Assembly: GCF_004010195.1 (NCBI RefSeq)
Contig: NC_057720.1
Location: 11,087,181 to 11,151,180, forward strand
From: Chiloscyllium plagiosum
Lineage: Eukaryota
Reading direction: 5' to 3'
Length of the DNA stretch: 64,000 bases
This document shows positions 37,584-50,040 of this stretch, piece by piece. Every line of letters begins with the position of its first letter. Position 1 is the stretch's first letter. Under the pieces are notes generated by a model. It searched no databases and was not told the origin of the DNA. It saw only the letters and a list, made by a program, of their open reading frames with translations. The translations under genes were made by a program, and so were the position numbers.

Positions 37584-38212
37584 GCATGGACGAGTTGGAC
37601 CGAAGGATCTGTTTCCATGCTGCACATCTCTGTGACTCTGTAACATTTCCACCCTTGGAAAAAGACTCCCACAATCCATCTTATCCACACCTCTCATAAT
37701 TTTATAAACAGCCAATGGTCTAGGAAAAAATATCAAAGTTTGTCCAACCTCTCTGTAAAGCTAACACACTCCAATCCAGGCAATATCCTGGTAAATCTCT
37801 TTTGCGCCCTCTCTAAAACCACCACATCCTTACCATATGGTTGCAACCATAACTGCACACAATATTCAAAATTGGGCCTAACTAAAGTTTCAACCAGCTG
37901 CAACATAACTAGCCAACCTTTGTACTCCATGCCCCAACTGGTAAAAGCTGGGCAACCATATGGTAAGGATGTGGTGGTTTTAGAGAGGGCGCAAAAGAGA
38001 TTTACCAGGATATTGCCTGGATTGGAGTGTGTTAGCTTTACAGAGAGGTTGGACAAACTTTGATATTTTTTCCTAGACCATTGGCTGTTTATAAAATTAT
38101 GAGAGGTGTGGATAAGATGGATTGTGGGAGTCTTTTTCCAAGGGTGGAAATGTTACAGAGTCACAGAGATGTGCAGCATGGAAAGAGATCCTTCGGTCCA
38201 ACTCGTCCATGC
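37584..38212. repeat. 261-bp near-perfect inverted repeat with a 107-bp inverted spacer
   Basis: 37584-37844 is the reverse complement of 37952-38212; one mismatch seen by eye. Confidence 0.93.
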
Positions 38213-39497
38213 TGACCAGATATCCCAACCTAATTTAGTCCCATTTACCAGCACTTGGCCCATATCACTCCTAATCCTTCCTATTCATATACCCATCCAG
38301 ATGCCTTTTAAATGTTGCAATTGTGCCAGCCTCCACCACTTGCTCTGGGGAGCTCATTCCATACATGTACCACCCTCTGTGTGGAAAAGTTGTTCCTTAG
38401 GTCTCTTTTATATCTTTCCCCTCTTACCCTACACCTACGCCGTCTAGTTCTGGACTCTCCCACCCCAGGGAAAAGACTTTGTCTATTTATTCCTATCCAT
38501 TCCCCTCATGATTTTATAAACCTCTACAAGGTCACCCCTCAGCCTGTGATGCTCCAGGGAAAACAGCCCCAGTCTATTCAGCCTTTCCCTACATTTCAAA
38601 TTCTCCAACCCTGGCAACATCCTTGTAAATTTTTTCTGAACCCTTTCAAGTTTCACAACATCCTTCTGACAGGAAGGAGACCAGAATTGCATGCAATATC
38701 CCAAAAGTGGCCTAACCAATGTCCTGTACCACTGCAACATGACCTCCCAACTCCTGTACTCAATGTTCTGACCAATAAAGTAAAGCATACCAAATGCCTT
38801 CTTCACTATCCTATCTACTTGCAACTCTATTTTCAAGGAGCTATGACCCTACACTCCAAGGTCTCTTTGTTCAGCAACACTCCCGAGGACCTTACCATTA
38901 GGTGAATAAGTCCTGCTAAGATTTGCTTTCTCAAAATGCAGCACTTCGCATTTATCTAAATTAAACTCCACCTGCCACTTCTCAGCCCACTGGCCCATCT
39001 GATCAATATCACGTTGTAATCTGAGGTAGCCTTCTTCACTGTCCACTACACCTCCAATTTTGGTGACATCTGCAAACTTACTAACTGTGCCTCCTGTGTT
39101 CATATCCAAATCATTTGTATAAATGACAAAAAACAGTGGACCCAGCACCTATCCTTGTGGCACCCCACTGGTCACAGGCCCCCAGTCTGAAAAACAATCC
39201 TCCACCACCACCCTCTGTCTTCTCCTTCGAGCTAGTTCTGTATCCAAATGGCTAGTTCTCCCTATATTCCATGAGATCTAACTTTGCTAATCAGTCTCCC
39301 ATGGGGAACCTTGTCAAACGCTTTACTGAAGTCCATATAGATCACGTCTACCGCTCTGCCCTCATCAGTCCTCTTTGTTACTTTTTCAATGAACTCAATC
39401 AAGTTTGTGAGACATGATTTCCCACGCACAAAGCCATGTTGACTATCATTAATCAGCCTTTGCATTTCCAAATATGTGTAAATCCTGTCCCTCAGGA
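38156..39497 (-). mobile_element. CR1/HER1-like LINE, RT to 3' end
   Basis: QHGFVRGKSCLTNLIEF, YMDFSKAFDKVPH, LGPLFFVIY...SKFADVTK, VRPLLGYCMQFWSP. Confidence 0.95.
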
Positions 39498-39499
39498 TT

Positions 39500-40640
39500 C
39501 TAGGTGACGTAGACTTAAGAAGGGAGGGGGTAAGTTTAAAGGAGATGTGTGAGGAAGATTGTTTTGCACAGAGGGTCGGGTGCCTCGTATGTGCTGCCAG
39601 AGGAGATGGTCGAATGAGATACAATAGCAATGTTTAAGGGGCATTTATACAGACACATGAATAGGCAGGGAGCAGAGGGCAGAAAGCCAGTATGCAGGTA
39701 ATAAGGAGGGCAATTGCATTTTGTAATTTATTGCTACATGAATGGAATAAAAAGGGGGGAGGGGCAGGGAGTGTTGTTGCATCTGTACAAGGCACTGATG
39801 AGACTATAGCTGAAGAAATGGGTACAGTTTTGGTTCCTTTACTTGAGGAAGGATGTTATGCTATTGGAGGCAGTTCAGAGAAGGTTCACTAGATTAATTC
39901 CAGAGATGAAAGGCTTGTCTCATGAAGAGTGAGGACTGCAGATGTTGGAAACCAGAGTTTACATCAGAGTGGTGCTGGAAAAGCACAGCAGGTCAGGCAG
40001 CATCCGAGGAGCAGGAAAATCAACATTTCAGGCAAACGCCCTTCATCAGGAATAGAGGCCTCTATTCCTGATGAAGAGCTTTTGCCCAAAGCGCCGATTT
40101 TCCTGCTCCTCGGATGCTGCCTGACCTGCTGTGCTTTTCCAGCACAACTCTGATCTAAACTCTGGTTTCCAACACCTGCAGTCCTCACTTTTGCCTTGAG
40201 GGGCTGAATGGCCTCCTCCTGCTCCTTATTTCAGTTCCGCTTCAATTCAATGGATCTTGATATTGAGTATACCCAATGAATACCCCATTGGAATTGGGGA
40301 TAGTATAGAAAAATAGGGAAATCGCTGCATAGGGCATTAGTGAAACTGCCCCTGTAGTTTAGAACAGTTTAAGAATAAGGACTGTTGCGTTTAAGATGCA
40401 GATGAGGAAGAATTTGTCAGAGTCGTTAGTGTTTGAAATTCTTTTCCCCAGTGTACAGTGGAAGTTGGGTCATTAAATATGTTCAGTGTTGACTTCGGCA
40501 GATTTTTGATCGAGACAGCAGTGCTGAAGGGGCCAGACAGGAAAGTGGAGTTAAGGCCACACTTAGATCAGCACTGGTGTTTTTGAATGGCAGAGCAGAC
40601 TTGATCAAATAGTCTCGGGCTGCTCCTATTTCTCATGACC
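39500..40640 (+). mobile_element. Several old CR1 3' fragments
   Basis: Degenerate CR1 ORF2 ends and UTRs. Confidence 0.6.
39928..40197. mobile_element. PLE family B spacerless palindrome (2 x 131 bp)
   Basis: Centre ...TCATCAGGAATAGAGG|CCTCTATTCCTGATGA... at 40058/40059; HHR motif on both strands. Confidence 0.92.
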
Positions 40641-40934
40641 TTACGCTGTTTCTTAGCTGTTTTTCATTAATAATAATATGAAGACCTCAGCTATTCTCAT
40701 CTGAATAGCTTTCTTGCCAATATTCAAGCAGTTTATTTTTGTCTTAAGATTCGTTAGATATATATTTGAATCTTTCTGGGCCATTTGTTTTGCTTTTTAA
40801 TTGGGAATAAAAATAATTGTTAGTACAATTGTACCACCAACTATTTTTACAATCATAGACGTGATCATTTCAAGACATGGGAGAAGGCCAATGCAGCTAA
40901 TGAGGAACAATTGAATTGTAGTCACAGCTGCAAA

Positions 40935-41475
40935 TTAGAAGTAGTAAGGGCTGATCTTTGTAAAACAGAATCTATAGGAAGGATATGGAGGTTTTGGAAA
41001 GGATGCCGAGAAGTTTACCAAGACATTGCCTGGATTGGAGTGTATTAGCCAAAAAGAGAATTTGGACAAACTTAGACTGTTTTTGCTAGAGCGTTGGAGA
41101 CCGAGGAGTGACCTGACAGAAGGATACAAAATGATGAGAGGCATGGGTAGTGTCAATAGTTAGAGTCACTTTCCCAGGGTCAAAATGTCAAATACTAAGG
41201 AGTATAGATCTAAGGTGAGGGGGGAAGTTTAGAGTAGATGTGCAAGGCACGTTTTTTTACACAGAGGGTGGTTGGTGCCTGGAATGCACTGGCAGGGGAG
41301 CTGACAAAGCAGAAACAATAGCAACACTTAAGAGGCATTTAGACAGATGAATAGGTGGGGAATAGATGTTAATGTACCATGTGCAGCAGATGGGATTAGT
41401 TTAGAGTAGCATCAGGGTTAGCACTGACATGGTGGGCCAAAGGGCCTGTTCCTGTGCTGTACTTTTCTATGTTCC
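40935..41475 (+). mobile_element. CR1 LINE 3' fragment
   Basis: Degenerate ORF2 C-terminus and 3' UTR. Confidence 0.8.
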
Positions 41476-41574
41476 AGATGTTTTTAAAGTTAGATCCATG
41501 ATTAAAGTCTTTTCCCTGGGGTCGGGAAGTCCAGAACTAGAGGGCATGTGTTTAGGGTGAGAGGGGAAAGATAT

Positions 41575-42660
41575 TGTTTATTTATTGTTATCACATGTAC
41601 TGTGACACAGTGAAAAGTGTTGTTTTGTGTGCTCTACAGGCAGATCACACCATACAAAGTGCATCAGCATTGCAGAACAGAGTGCAGAAAACAGTGTTAC
41701 AGCCACAGAGAAGGTGCAGAGAGAAAGAGATCAACATTAATGTTTGAGATATCCTTTCATAAGTCTGATTACAGCGGGAAGAAGCTGTGCTTGAATCTGT
41801 TTGTACAGATGATTCTCGATTATCCGAAGGACAGTATTTCATTTGGTTAATTGAATGCCGGATAATTGAATGCCGGATAACATAGTTAGCCAAGCATTTT
41901 GCGATCTTGTTCGGATAATCTGAAATTCAGTTAATCGAATTTTGGATAATTGAGGTTCCTCTGTACATGTATTTAAACTTTTGTATCTTCTGCCCAATGG
42001 AAGAGTGTAGAAAAGAGTAATACAGGGTGAGAGGGGTCTTTGATTATGTTGATTGTTTTCCCGAGGCAGCGGGAAGAATAGATGCAGTCAATGGATGGAA
42101 GGCTGATTTACGTGATAGACTGGGCTGTGTTCATCACTCTCTGCAGTTCCTTATAATCTTAAGAAGAGTAATTGTCATATCACACTGTGAGGCATCCAAA
42201 CAGGATGCTTTCTATGGTGCATCTCTAACAATTGGTAAGAATCTTTGTGGGCATGCTGAATTTCCTTAGTATCCTGAGGAATTAGGGACACTATTGCACT
42301 TTCTTGACCATCGCGTCAATGTGGTTGGACCAGGACAGATTGTTGGTGATCATCACTCCCAGGAACTTGATGCCTTCGACCATCTCCACTGCAGCACTCC
42401 AGTCCATTTCCTGAAATCAATGACCAGCTCCTTCGTTTTGCTGATGTTGGTGGAGAAATTGTTGTCTTTACACTATGCACTCAATCTCTTTCTTGTATTG
42501 TTTCACATCTCTGTTTGAGATCTGACCTACAATAGTGGTGTCATCAAGAAACTTGGACATGGAGTTGAGGCAGAATTTGGCCACACAGTTGTGAGTGTAT
42601 AAGGAGTGGAGTAGGGGGCTGAATACACAGTCTTGTGGGGCCCTGCTGTGGATTACAGTA
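41575..42660 (-). mobile_element. Rex1/Babar-like LINE fragment
   Basis: Tail TTTATTGT...CATGTACTGTGACACAGTGAAAAG; reverse complement includes GPTRLCIQPP (PQGCVLSP region). Confidence 0.8.
41806..41963. mobile_element. Short Tigger/pogo-like MITE
   Basis: CAGATGATTCTCGATTATCCGAA ... GGATAATTGAGGTTCCTCTG, TA flanks; same TIR family as 20340-20988. Confidence 0.85.
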
Positions 42661-43734
42661 GTAGAAGGTTTTACACCTAGTCTTACTGAGATAAAGTTTG
42701 AGGGAGCTTGCTGGCTACCATACCATTACCACAGTGAAAGTACTTCACATAGTACTCCATTGGCTGTAAAGTGCTTTGGGGCAACCTGAGATGATGAATG
42801 TTGGAGAACAAATTTAATTTGACCATAAGAAATAGGAACAGGATTGGGTCATTTGGCTCCGTCTTTCAATTGGATCATGCTGAGCACTCCCCACATCCAC
42901 TTTCCTACCCTTTCCCTAATAAGCTCTTTCTTGTACAATCTCTCCATAGCTACGTCACTGCCTCACCAAATTTAAATCATGATTACATGATCCCGACCCC
43001 TTCTCCCCACGTGCAGAAGCATCTCACTTGCAGTCGACCACCAGCATTGATGGGAATGTGAAAGGCCCATTGTTCACTCGGATTGCGTCACGAGCAACCA
43101 TCTCTCAATGACATCGGCAGTTGAGCCTATAGGGAACCTTAATCACTGGTATCGAGAGTGAAGTATCATTAATTACAGTGATGGATGCTATCATTTAAAT
43201 TTTATGGTTGGTATGAGTTCAATGCTAAAAGAAATCAGTAATATGGTTTCGAGTGCTAATGATTCATTTGGAACAATTCCAGTCATTTGCAGCAGAATTC
43301 AGAGTTACAAAATCAAAATGTAAATTTTTGAAATGTCACTGCCTGATGCATGGAAGTAATTAATGATAGTCTCTTTCACTCTTGCAATGACTGTGACTGG
43401 CAGGTTGATGCAAGTGTTCGCACAGGCACTAAGTACTTGCAAATTACCCCGAGTACTGTTCCCAGCCAATGAGATCCAGAGGAAGGATATCCGACACACA
43501 TTGTTAGTGATGAAGGACAGTTCGTGACAACTTAATTACAGGCATATGACAATTCGAAGCATTAGATGGTTTATGGATATCATCATACGCGGACACATAT
43601 ATCAGAGAAGCTGGATGCAGTTAAAATGGCTCATTACTGTAAAACAGAGCGAGACAGCTCATTATATTAATTGAGTTGAGTTTACCAATTTAACCTTCAG
43701 GGCCACAAGAGACAGCTCGTGCTTTGGGTAAAAG

Positions 43735-43990
43735 ATGAAACTTGAATTTATGTAGCACCCTTTCATCCCCTCAGGTTTTCCCGAAGTCCTTTGAAGCCTC
43801 TTGTTGAAGAGTTGTCTCTGTTGCAATGTTAGAAACAAAGCCAGCTTCTAGGCACACTGCAAACTCTCACAAGAACCAATGTGATAATAACCAGAGAATC
43901 TAGTTTATTAATGTTGGGGGAGGAGTAACAATTGCCTGGGGCTCCAAGGATAACTGCCTTGTTCCTCTTTGGAATTGTGCAATAGAATTT
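43735..43990 (-). mobile_element. Deu-domain SINE remnant
   Basis: Reverse-complement similarity to 22735-22965 and 52975-53265. Confidence 0.5.
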
Positions 43991-44509
43991 TTGGGCTTCG
44001 CTGTTTTAATTTTCAGGCTTGGATTCTGTTTCTCCCTCAAACAGACCAAAGGTTTTAATTTCTACACCATCTGAAATTTCACTAAATATCTCAATCTATC
44101 ACATTGCGTATAATCAGATGAAAAAATCTGACACAGCACAGATGTTCAGTAGAGGACATCAGGACAGATGACTTAAGGAGGAGGGAGAGCTGGAGAATTT
44201 TAAGGGAAAATTCCTGGAGATTTTGATCAGGATACCAGAGTCACAACCACCAAATACAAGTGGGAGATGGGCAAGGAACTACAACTGGCAGAATACAAAG
44301 TTCCTGGAGGGCTATCAGTGTGAAGATTACCAAGACAGGGAAGGGAAGAGACCATGGAAGGAATTAAAGGGAGGTATTTAATTTTGAGGTATTGGTGGAT
44401 TGGAAGCTCCAGCTTCGGTCAATGAGCATAGCGATGAGAAGTGAACTGAACTTGATGTGAATTAGGGTGTGAACAGCAGAGTTTCGAATGATCTGGAATT
44501 CAACAGAAA

Positions 44510-44810
44510 CAGAAACTCCTAACCTCAAACTAAAGAGGCATCAATTCAAGACTGAGAGTAAGGATTGCTTCTCTCAGAGAGTTGTGAATCTTTGAAACTC
44601 CTTGCCACAGGGAGCTGTGGGGCAGAGTGCTTGCGTATATTTAAGGGTGAGACAGATTCTTGGTCAGTCGGGGAATCAAGGAGTTGCAGAGGTAGGGCAG
44701 GAAGGTGCCCCTGAAGAATGTTGGATCAGAATGTTGCTATTAAAGGGTGAAGCAGGCCTGAGAGGCCAAATTGTCTACTCCTGTTACTATTTTTATAGTA
44801 TTATGGTAAT
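44510..44810 (+). mobile_element. CR1 3' fragment
   Basis: TTCTCTCAGAGAGTTGTGAATCTTTGAAACTCCTTGCC (FSQRVVNLWNSLP-like). Confidence 0.7.
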
Positions 44811-44819
44811 CTTTCTAGT

Positions 44820-45960
44820 CACCAAACCAACAGAGTAGTGTATTAGTGTGGTTCCAAAAAGCAAACTGAACAGTACCATTCATATGTGCAATGATTTAAC
44901 ACAACTCACTAAGGGTAGTGGTAAGGGAGGTTTCTCCTCTCTCCTCAGTAAATGAAAATACGGCAAAGTTACCCAATAGCGAAATATTCATTAAACACAG
45001 AATGGTTTAGGCAAATTCCATTTGATGAAAACTGAAGGCTCCCAGCAGCTTTCATGACTCCATTGGGAACATTTTGCATCAATCACTAGCAATTCATTCG
45101 GAATCAGCATCAAAGATTTTCCAAAGAAAAATATGAATAGACTTCAAGAGCTTAGAGGGTCACCTGGTACAGGGAGAACATTTTAATCCAAGAGGAGTCA
45201 CAGAAGAGTATGATCTGATCAATCAGAGACATCTGTTTTGAATCATTTACAGGGAAAAGTCATGATAGTTATTGAGAAGTGTGAATTTTTCAAGGCATCC
45301 TATTTGATTATTACCGACTACTTTCAAGATGGCTTCACGTAAAAATGTCGTATTATCGTTAACGGGAAAAGTTGTCAGTCAATTTTGTAACTCATTCCAG
45401 ATAAATGAGTTGTTTCTGACAATGGCTCACACTTTGCAAATAAGCACTTCAAGTACTTTGTAGAAGGTCGTAGGTTCGGACATGTTAAGGTTCACCAAGA
45501 TATCCCAGTCAAATGGTGGGGCTCACTGAGGAATCAGAGCCACCAATTCATTGTTGCAAAAGAGCCAAGATTTTCAAACAGCTCCATGAGCGACAGATCT
45601 ACCTCATTACTATGCAGACTAGCACCTTCCAATTTACAGATGGGAAGGTTCAAAACTCAACTTTCTACTCTGCCTGTGGAATTACTTCCAAGGTTGCAAC
45701 TCAAAGATTATCAAAGAGTTCATGATAAAGAAAGGTCTTATAGAAAGCAAGCAGCAAATAATTATAGTAAAATGTATCATACTAAGAATTTACGGAAGTT
45801 TTGGGAAAGCCACCAGTTATGGCTTTGGGATCAAAAACTAGAAAGGGGAGAGCAATCTGAGCAACAAACCCGACATCTTATATAACATGTACAGCCGAAG
45901 GCACTGTAAGATGATATAGAAGGAATCGCATTCTGATCAGAGATGTCTAACTGTTATATA
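44820..45960 (+). pseudogene. Highly decayed Gypsy/Ty3 pol remnant (RT start and integrase)
   Basis: TIHMCNDLTQLTK and F.QIPFDE (RT), YLIITDYF, VSDNGSHFAN, SPRYP.SNG-like (integrase); many frameshifts. Confidence 0.7.
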
Positions 45961-46285
45961 TTGGGATGATCCAGCTGTTGAACCTCAAATCTGCAAGAAA
46001 CCCGAAACCTTGGCCTTTCAGGAAGACCATCCAAGTCAAAGGGTAGCATATAGTAAGACGAGTGTATATGAGAATAGTATAATAATAATTTGGATAAAGA
46101 CTTGGGGGGAGATATTATATATGGGTCTGAAAGGGTTAATATTGGAAGTATGTGATTAGCATGACCCACTGTGATGGTGTTACACAGAGTCAGTCTAATA
46201 TTCGGATGTTATTAGTGTCTTCTACTGTGAAAATTGTTGCTAAGGATTACTTCAGCTCCTCTACCACTTCCTGGTTACCCATTAT

Positions 46286-46420
46286 TACCCTCCCATTTAT
46301 CTCTCCACCCCAGAGGCTCCCTGCCTCATTCCTGATGAAGAGCTTTGTCCGACATGTTGATTTTCCTGCTCCTCGGAGGCTGCCTGACCTGCTGTGCTTT
46401 TCCAGCACCACTGTAATCAC
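46286..46420 (+). mobile_element. PLE family B monomer
   Basis: ATTCCTGATGAAGAGCTTTGTCCGACATGTT; 10-bp TSD TACCCATTAT at 46276-46285 and 46421-46430. Confidence 0.85.
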
Positions 46421-46699
46421 TACCCATTATCACCTCCTAAGCTACATTCCCTAAAGGCCTATGTTCACTTTGGCTTCTCTCTTTTTTATATATTTCAAGA
46501 AGCTCCCGTTGTCCACCTTGATATTGCTTACAAGTTTACCCTCAAAGTTTATTTTCTCCCTTTTTATTTTTTTTTTGGTTGAAACCAACAGAAGACAATG
46601 TGTAATATTATTGGCATCATTATTAGAACAGTCCAACGAAAGTCCTCACAATCAACAGATCATTTCAAACTGCACTTCCCCTTCAGATGTTTGGAGCCG

Positions 46700-47265
46700 A
46701 TTGAATACTGACCATACTTTTGGAGTATTGCGTGTAATTCTGGTCTCCCTCCTATAAGAACGATGTTGTGAAACTTGAAAGGATTGCGAAAAGATTTACG
46801 AGGATGTTGGCAGGATTGGAGGGCTTGACACATAGGGAGAGGTTGAATAGGCTGGGGCTATTTCCCTGAAGTGTTGGAGGCTGAGGGATGATCTTATAGA
46901 GGATTATAAAATCATGAGGGACATGGATAGGATAAATAAGCAAGAGCTTTTCCCTGGGGTGGGGGAGTCCAAAACTAGAGGGCACAGGTTTAAAGGTGAG
47001 AGGGAAAGGATTGAAAAGGGACCTGAGGGTAACTTTTCACACAGGAGGTGGTGTGTGTATGGAGTGAGCTGCTAGAGGAAATGGTGGAGGTTGGTACAAG
47101 TACAACATTTAAAAGGCATCTGGATAGGTATATACATAGGAAGGATTTAGAAGGATATGAGCCAAATGCTGGCAGATGGAGTTAGATTAATTTAGGGTGT
47201 CTGGTTGGCATGAACATCTTAGACTAAAGAGTCTGTTTCCGTGCTGTAAATCTCTACAACTGTAT
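46700..47265 (+). mobile_element. CR1/HER1-like LINE 3' fragment
   Basis: ORF2 C-terminus and UTR as in 6835-7482. Confidence 0.88.
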
Positions 47266-47454
47266 TTATGCAAACCCAGAGTGTAATAGTTAATGTTGAA
47301 TGTGAATCAGCAATTGGAATTCACCCATTGAACAATCCCAAGTTTGATAAGAATTACCCTAACAGCCAATTCGGTCTCCCAACCTGGTTCACATTTCCTT
47401 CTGGAGGTTGCATACATTTGTAAGCAGTGTCCTGTCCTCTGGAGAAAAGAGAAA

Positions 47455-47902
47455 CATGTCCAGCATTGCACCTTGCTCTGCCCAAGACCACAAGAAATTA
47501 CAGAAAGTTGTGAACGCAGCCTCGTCCATCACGAAAACCAGCCTTCCATCCATTGGCTCCATCTATACTGCCTCGGGAAAGCAGCCAACATAATCAAAGA
47601 GCCCTCCCACCCCATTTACACTTTTTTGCACCCTGTTCCATCAGGCAGAAGATACAAAAGTTTGAAAACATATACCAACAGATTCAAGAACAGCTATTTC
47701 CTCACTGTTATGAGACTTATGAATGGACCCCTCATATATTAAAGTAGATTTTCTCTGCACTTTCTCTGACCCTGTAACACTATATTCTGCATTCTGTTCT
47801 ATTATCCTGATGTACTTAAGTAAGATAGGATTTGTCTGGTTAGAAGACAAAACAATACTTTTCACTGTATCTCAGTTCAATGATAAATCAGATCAAATCA
47901 AA
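47455..47902 (+). mobile_element. Rex1/Babar-like LINE 3' end
   Basis: CSAQDHKKLQKVVNAA, SGRRYKSLKTYTNRFKNSYF; (ATCAA)n tail. Confidence 0.85.
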
Positions 47903-48479
47903 AACGGACAACAACAGTTTCCTGTTGCTTTCTCATGGCAATGCCTCGACCAATCTGAATTGCTTTGCCATCGCATCCACCCCCTTTTTTCATGCAGCAG
48001 AAATTATAACTCACATTGAAATTTGGCTTTCTTGCTTCTGTACTGATGGATGTCGAACGAAAAGCTTTAAAAGATTATGTCTCTTTATTTTCTGCATAAC
48101 TCAAATCAAAATGCAGTCAGATTAGTAGGCTTCTTGTAACATTGCTAAGGGAGGGCCAAGAAATGGACTGGTTGATCCCATTTGGATTGTAACATTTGAG
48201 GCATTGGAATCAATATGGAATGAATATGGCACGGGGAATCAAGGTTAAAGAGTGCACGGTTTTCCATTCTGGAGACTGGGAGTGTGTCATAGTCTGGTAC
48301 TGAGATGGTTATGAGTGTTCTCAGGACTGAGATGATAGAGAAAAAAACAGTCTTGTGTTTTATAGAGCACATTTTAATGATGCATGGGACACCACAGAAC
48401 ACTGAAGGTTATAGGCGTCTTGAAGGTGTAGACACTGTGTAGCAAGTTGGCAAGCAATTTGCAAACAGCAATGATATAA

Positions 48480-48733
48480 TCATGGAATCCAGCTAGTTCG
48501 GAAGTAGGCTATTCAGCCCATCAAGTCCACACCAACCCTCTGAAGAGCATCCCACCCTATCCCTGTATTTCCCCATGACCAATCCACCTAACCTGCAAAT
48601 CTTTGGACTGTGGGAGGAAACCCATACAGACAATGAGAAAACTCCACACAGACAGTCTTCCAAGGTTCAAATTGAATGCAGGTCTGTAGCACTGTGAGGC
48701 AGCAGTGCTAACCACTGAGCCACCATGCTGTCC
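48480..48733 (-). mobile_element. HE1-type SINE (internally deleted) inside a Deu-SINE remnant
   Basis: HE1 core and head in reverse complement. Confidence 0.8.
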
Positions 48734-49911
48734 TGTGACTAGGCAATTTATTTTGAGGGATGTTAACTGAGGGATAAGTATTGACTAAGGCTCTGGGGAG
48801 AACTTTTCTCTTTGAATTTGTGTCGAAGGTCAGATTTCTCCATTATGATGCAAACAATTTCACAGATTTTCGAATATCTTTTTTAAAATCTCTTTCTGAT
48901 ATTTCCATGTTATACCTTACTCCCCTTGCATCTCTGACAATCTTTGTTTTACTCTCGGTTAAATGATTTAAAGTACAAATTAATCAGTGATTTTTTTTAA
49001 CTTCCTGGTTTTACTTTCTGTGCAAAATCTTCAATCTGATGCAGGCATGAGAGATCCGCTAAAATGGAAGTAATGTCAAGGTAGGAGAAAATCCATTTGC
49101 TGGATCTTAACAGGAAATGTTCTTCAAGTTCTCCAAGGTATTGTTTCGAGTCTGATGACTCATCGTCAGTTCTGTTTTTTTCCTGCAGATGCTGTCAGAC
49201 TTGCTGAGTTTCTCCAGAAAGTAGCGTTTATGTTCCTGGTGTACAAGGCTCTGGGTTGGAGATTCAACCGACCGCCTTCTGCATCACTCCACTATCGACT
49301 GCAAAGTTTGGTCCAAAGCTTTCCATTGTCAATTGCTTATCATATAAGGATGACACAGGAATTCCAGAAATAAAAAGGTTACCTTTACATGATCTTTTAT
49401 GATTCATTGTTACGTACAACGAATTACTGTTGAAGGTCAACTTATTTGTTATTCAAGGAAACACAACAGGACACCATTAATGACAAAGAGATGAATAACC
49501 AGTTCGATACCATGGTTGAACAAACAGTGTTGACCTGACTATGATGAACATAATGGGATGTTTAACACTGGCCTGAACACTGAGGCCATGAGTGATGTTA
49601 ACAACTCATCTGAGGAACACTTTATCTAACACTGCAGTAAATTATGATGAGATTATGAATTCCAGTCCTGTGCAGTGCCTCAGAGACAACACTGTTACTG
49701 GCTCAGCCACACAGACAGGGGACTAGGCTTGTGCCCATTGAGCTCCTCAATTGAGAAAACTTGGTCAGCATGGATGAGTTGGACCGAAGGGTCTGTTTCC
49801 ATGCTGTATGACTCTGTTGGAGAATCAGACTTCAAGATTAATTATCCTTGTCATAGTTTATTATCCCTTCACCTTCCTGTGCCACCCGTTCTAAACAAAT
49901 AAATACTTTAA

Positions 49912-50040
49912 CCAGAAACAAAAGCAGAAATTGCTGGAAAAGCTCAGCAGGTCAGGCAGCACCTGTGAACACTGTCTGTGGGTGCTGCATTTTTCAGCAA
50001 GTTCTGTTTTTGTTTCCGATTTACCGCATCCACAGTTCTT
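49912..50040. mobile_element. Old PLE family C collapsed inverted remnant
   Basis: GCAGAAATTGCTGGAAAAGC ... TTTTCAGCAAGTTCTG. Confidence 0.6.

Larger units (their letters stand above)
35346..38155 (+). mobile_element. Degenerate CR1 ORF2 (RT) interrupted by PLE and Rex1 inserts and by an inversion-duplication
   Basis: QHGFVQGRSC, TSGVLQGSVLQPLL...ISKFADDT, ERAQKRFTRILPG. Confidence 0.85.
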
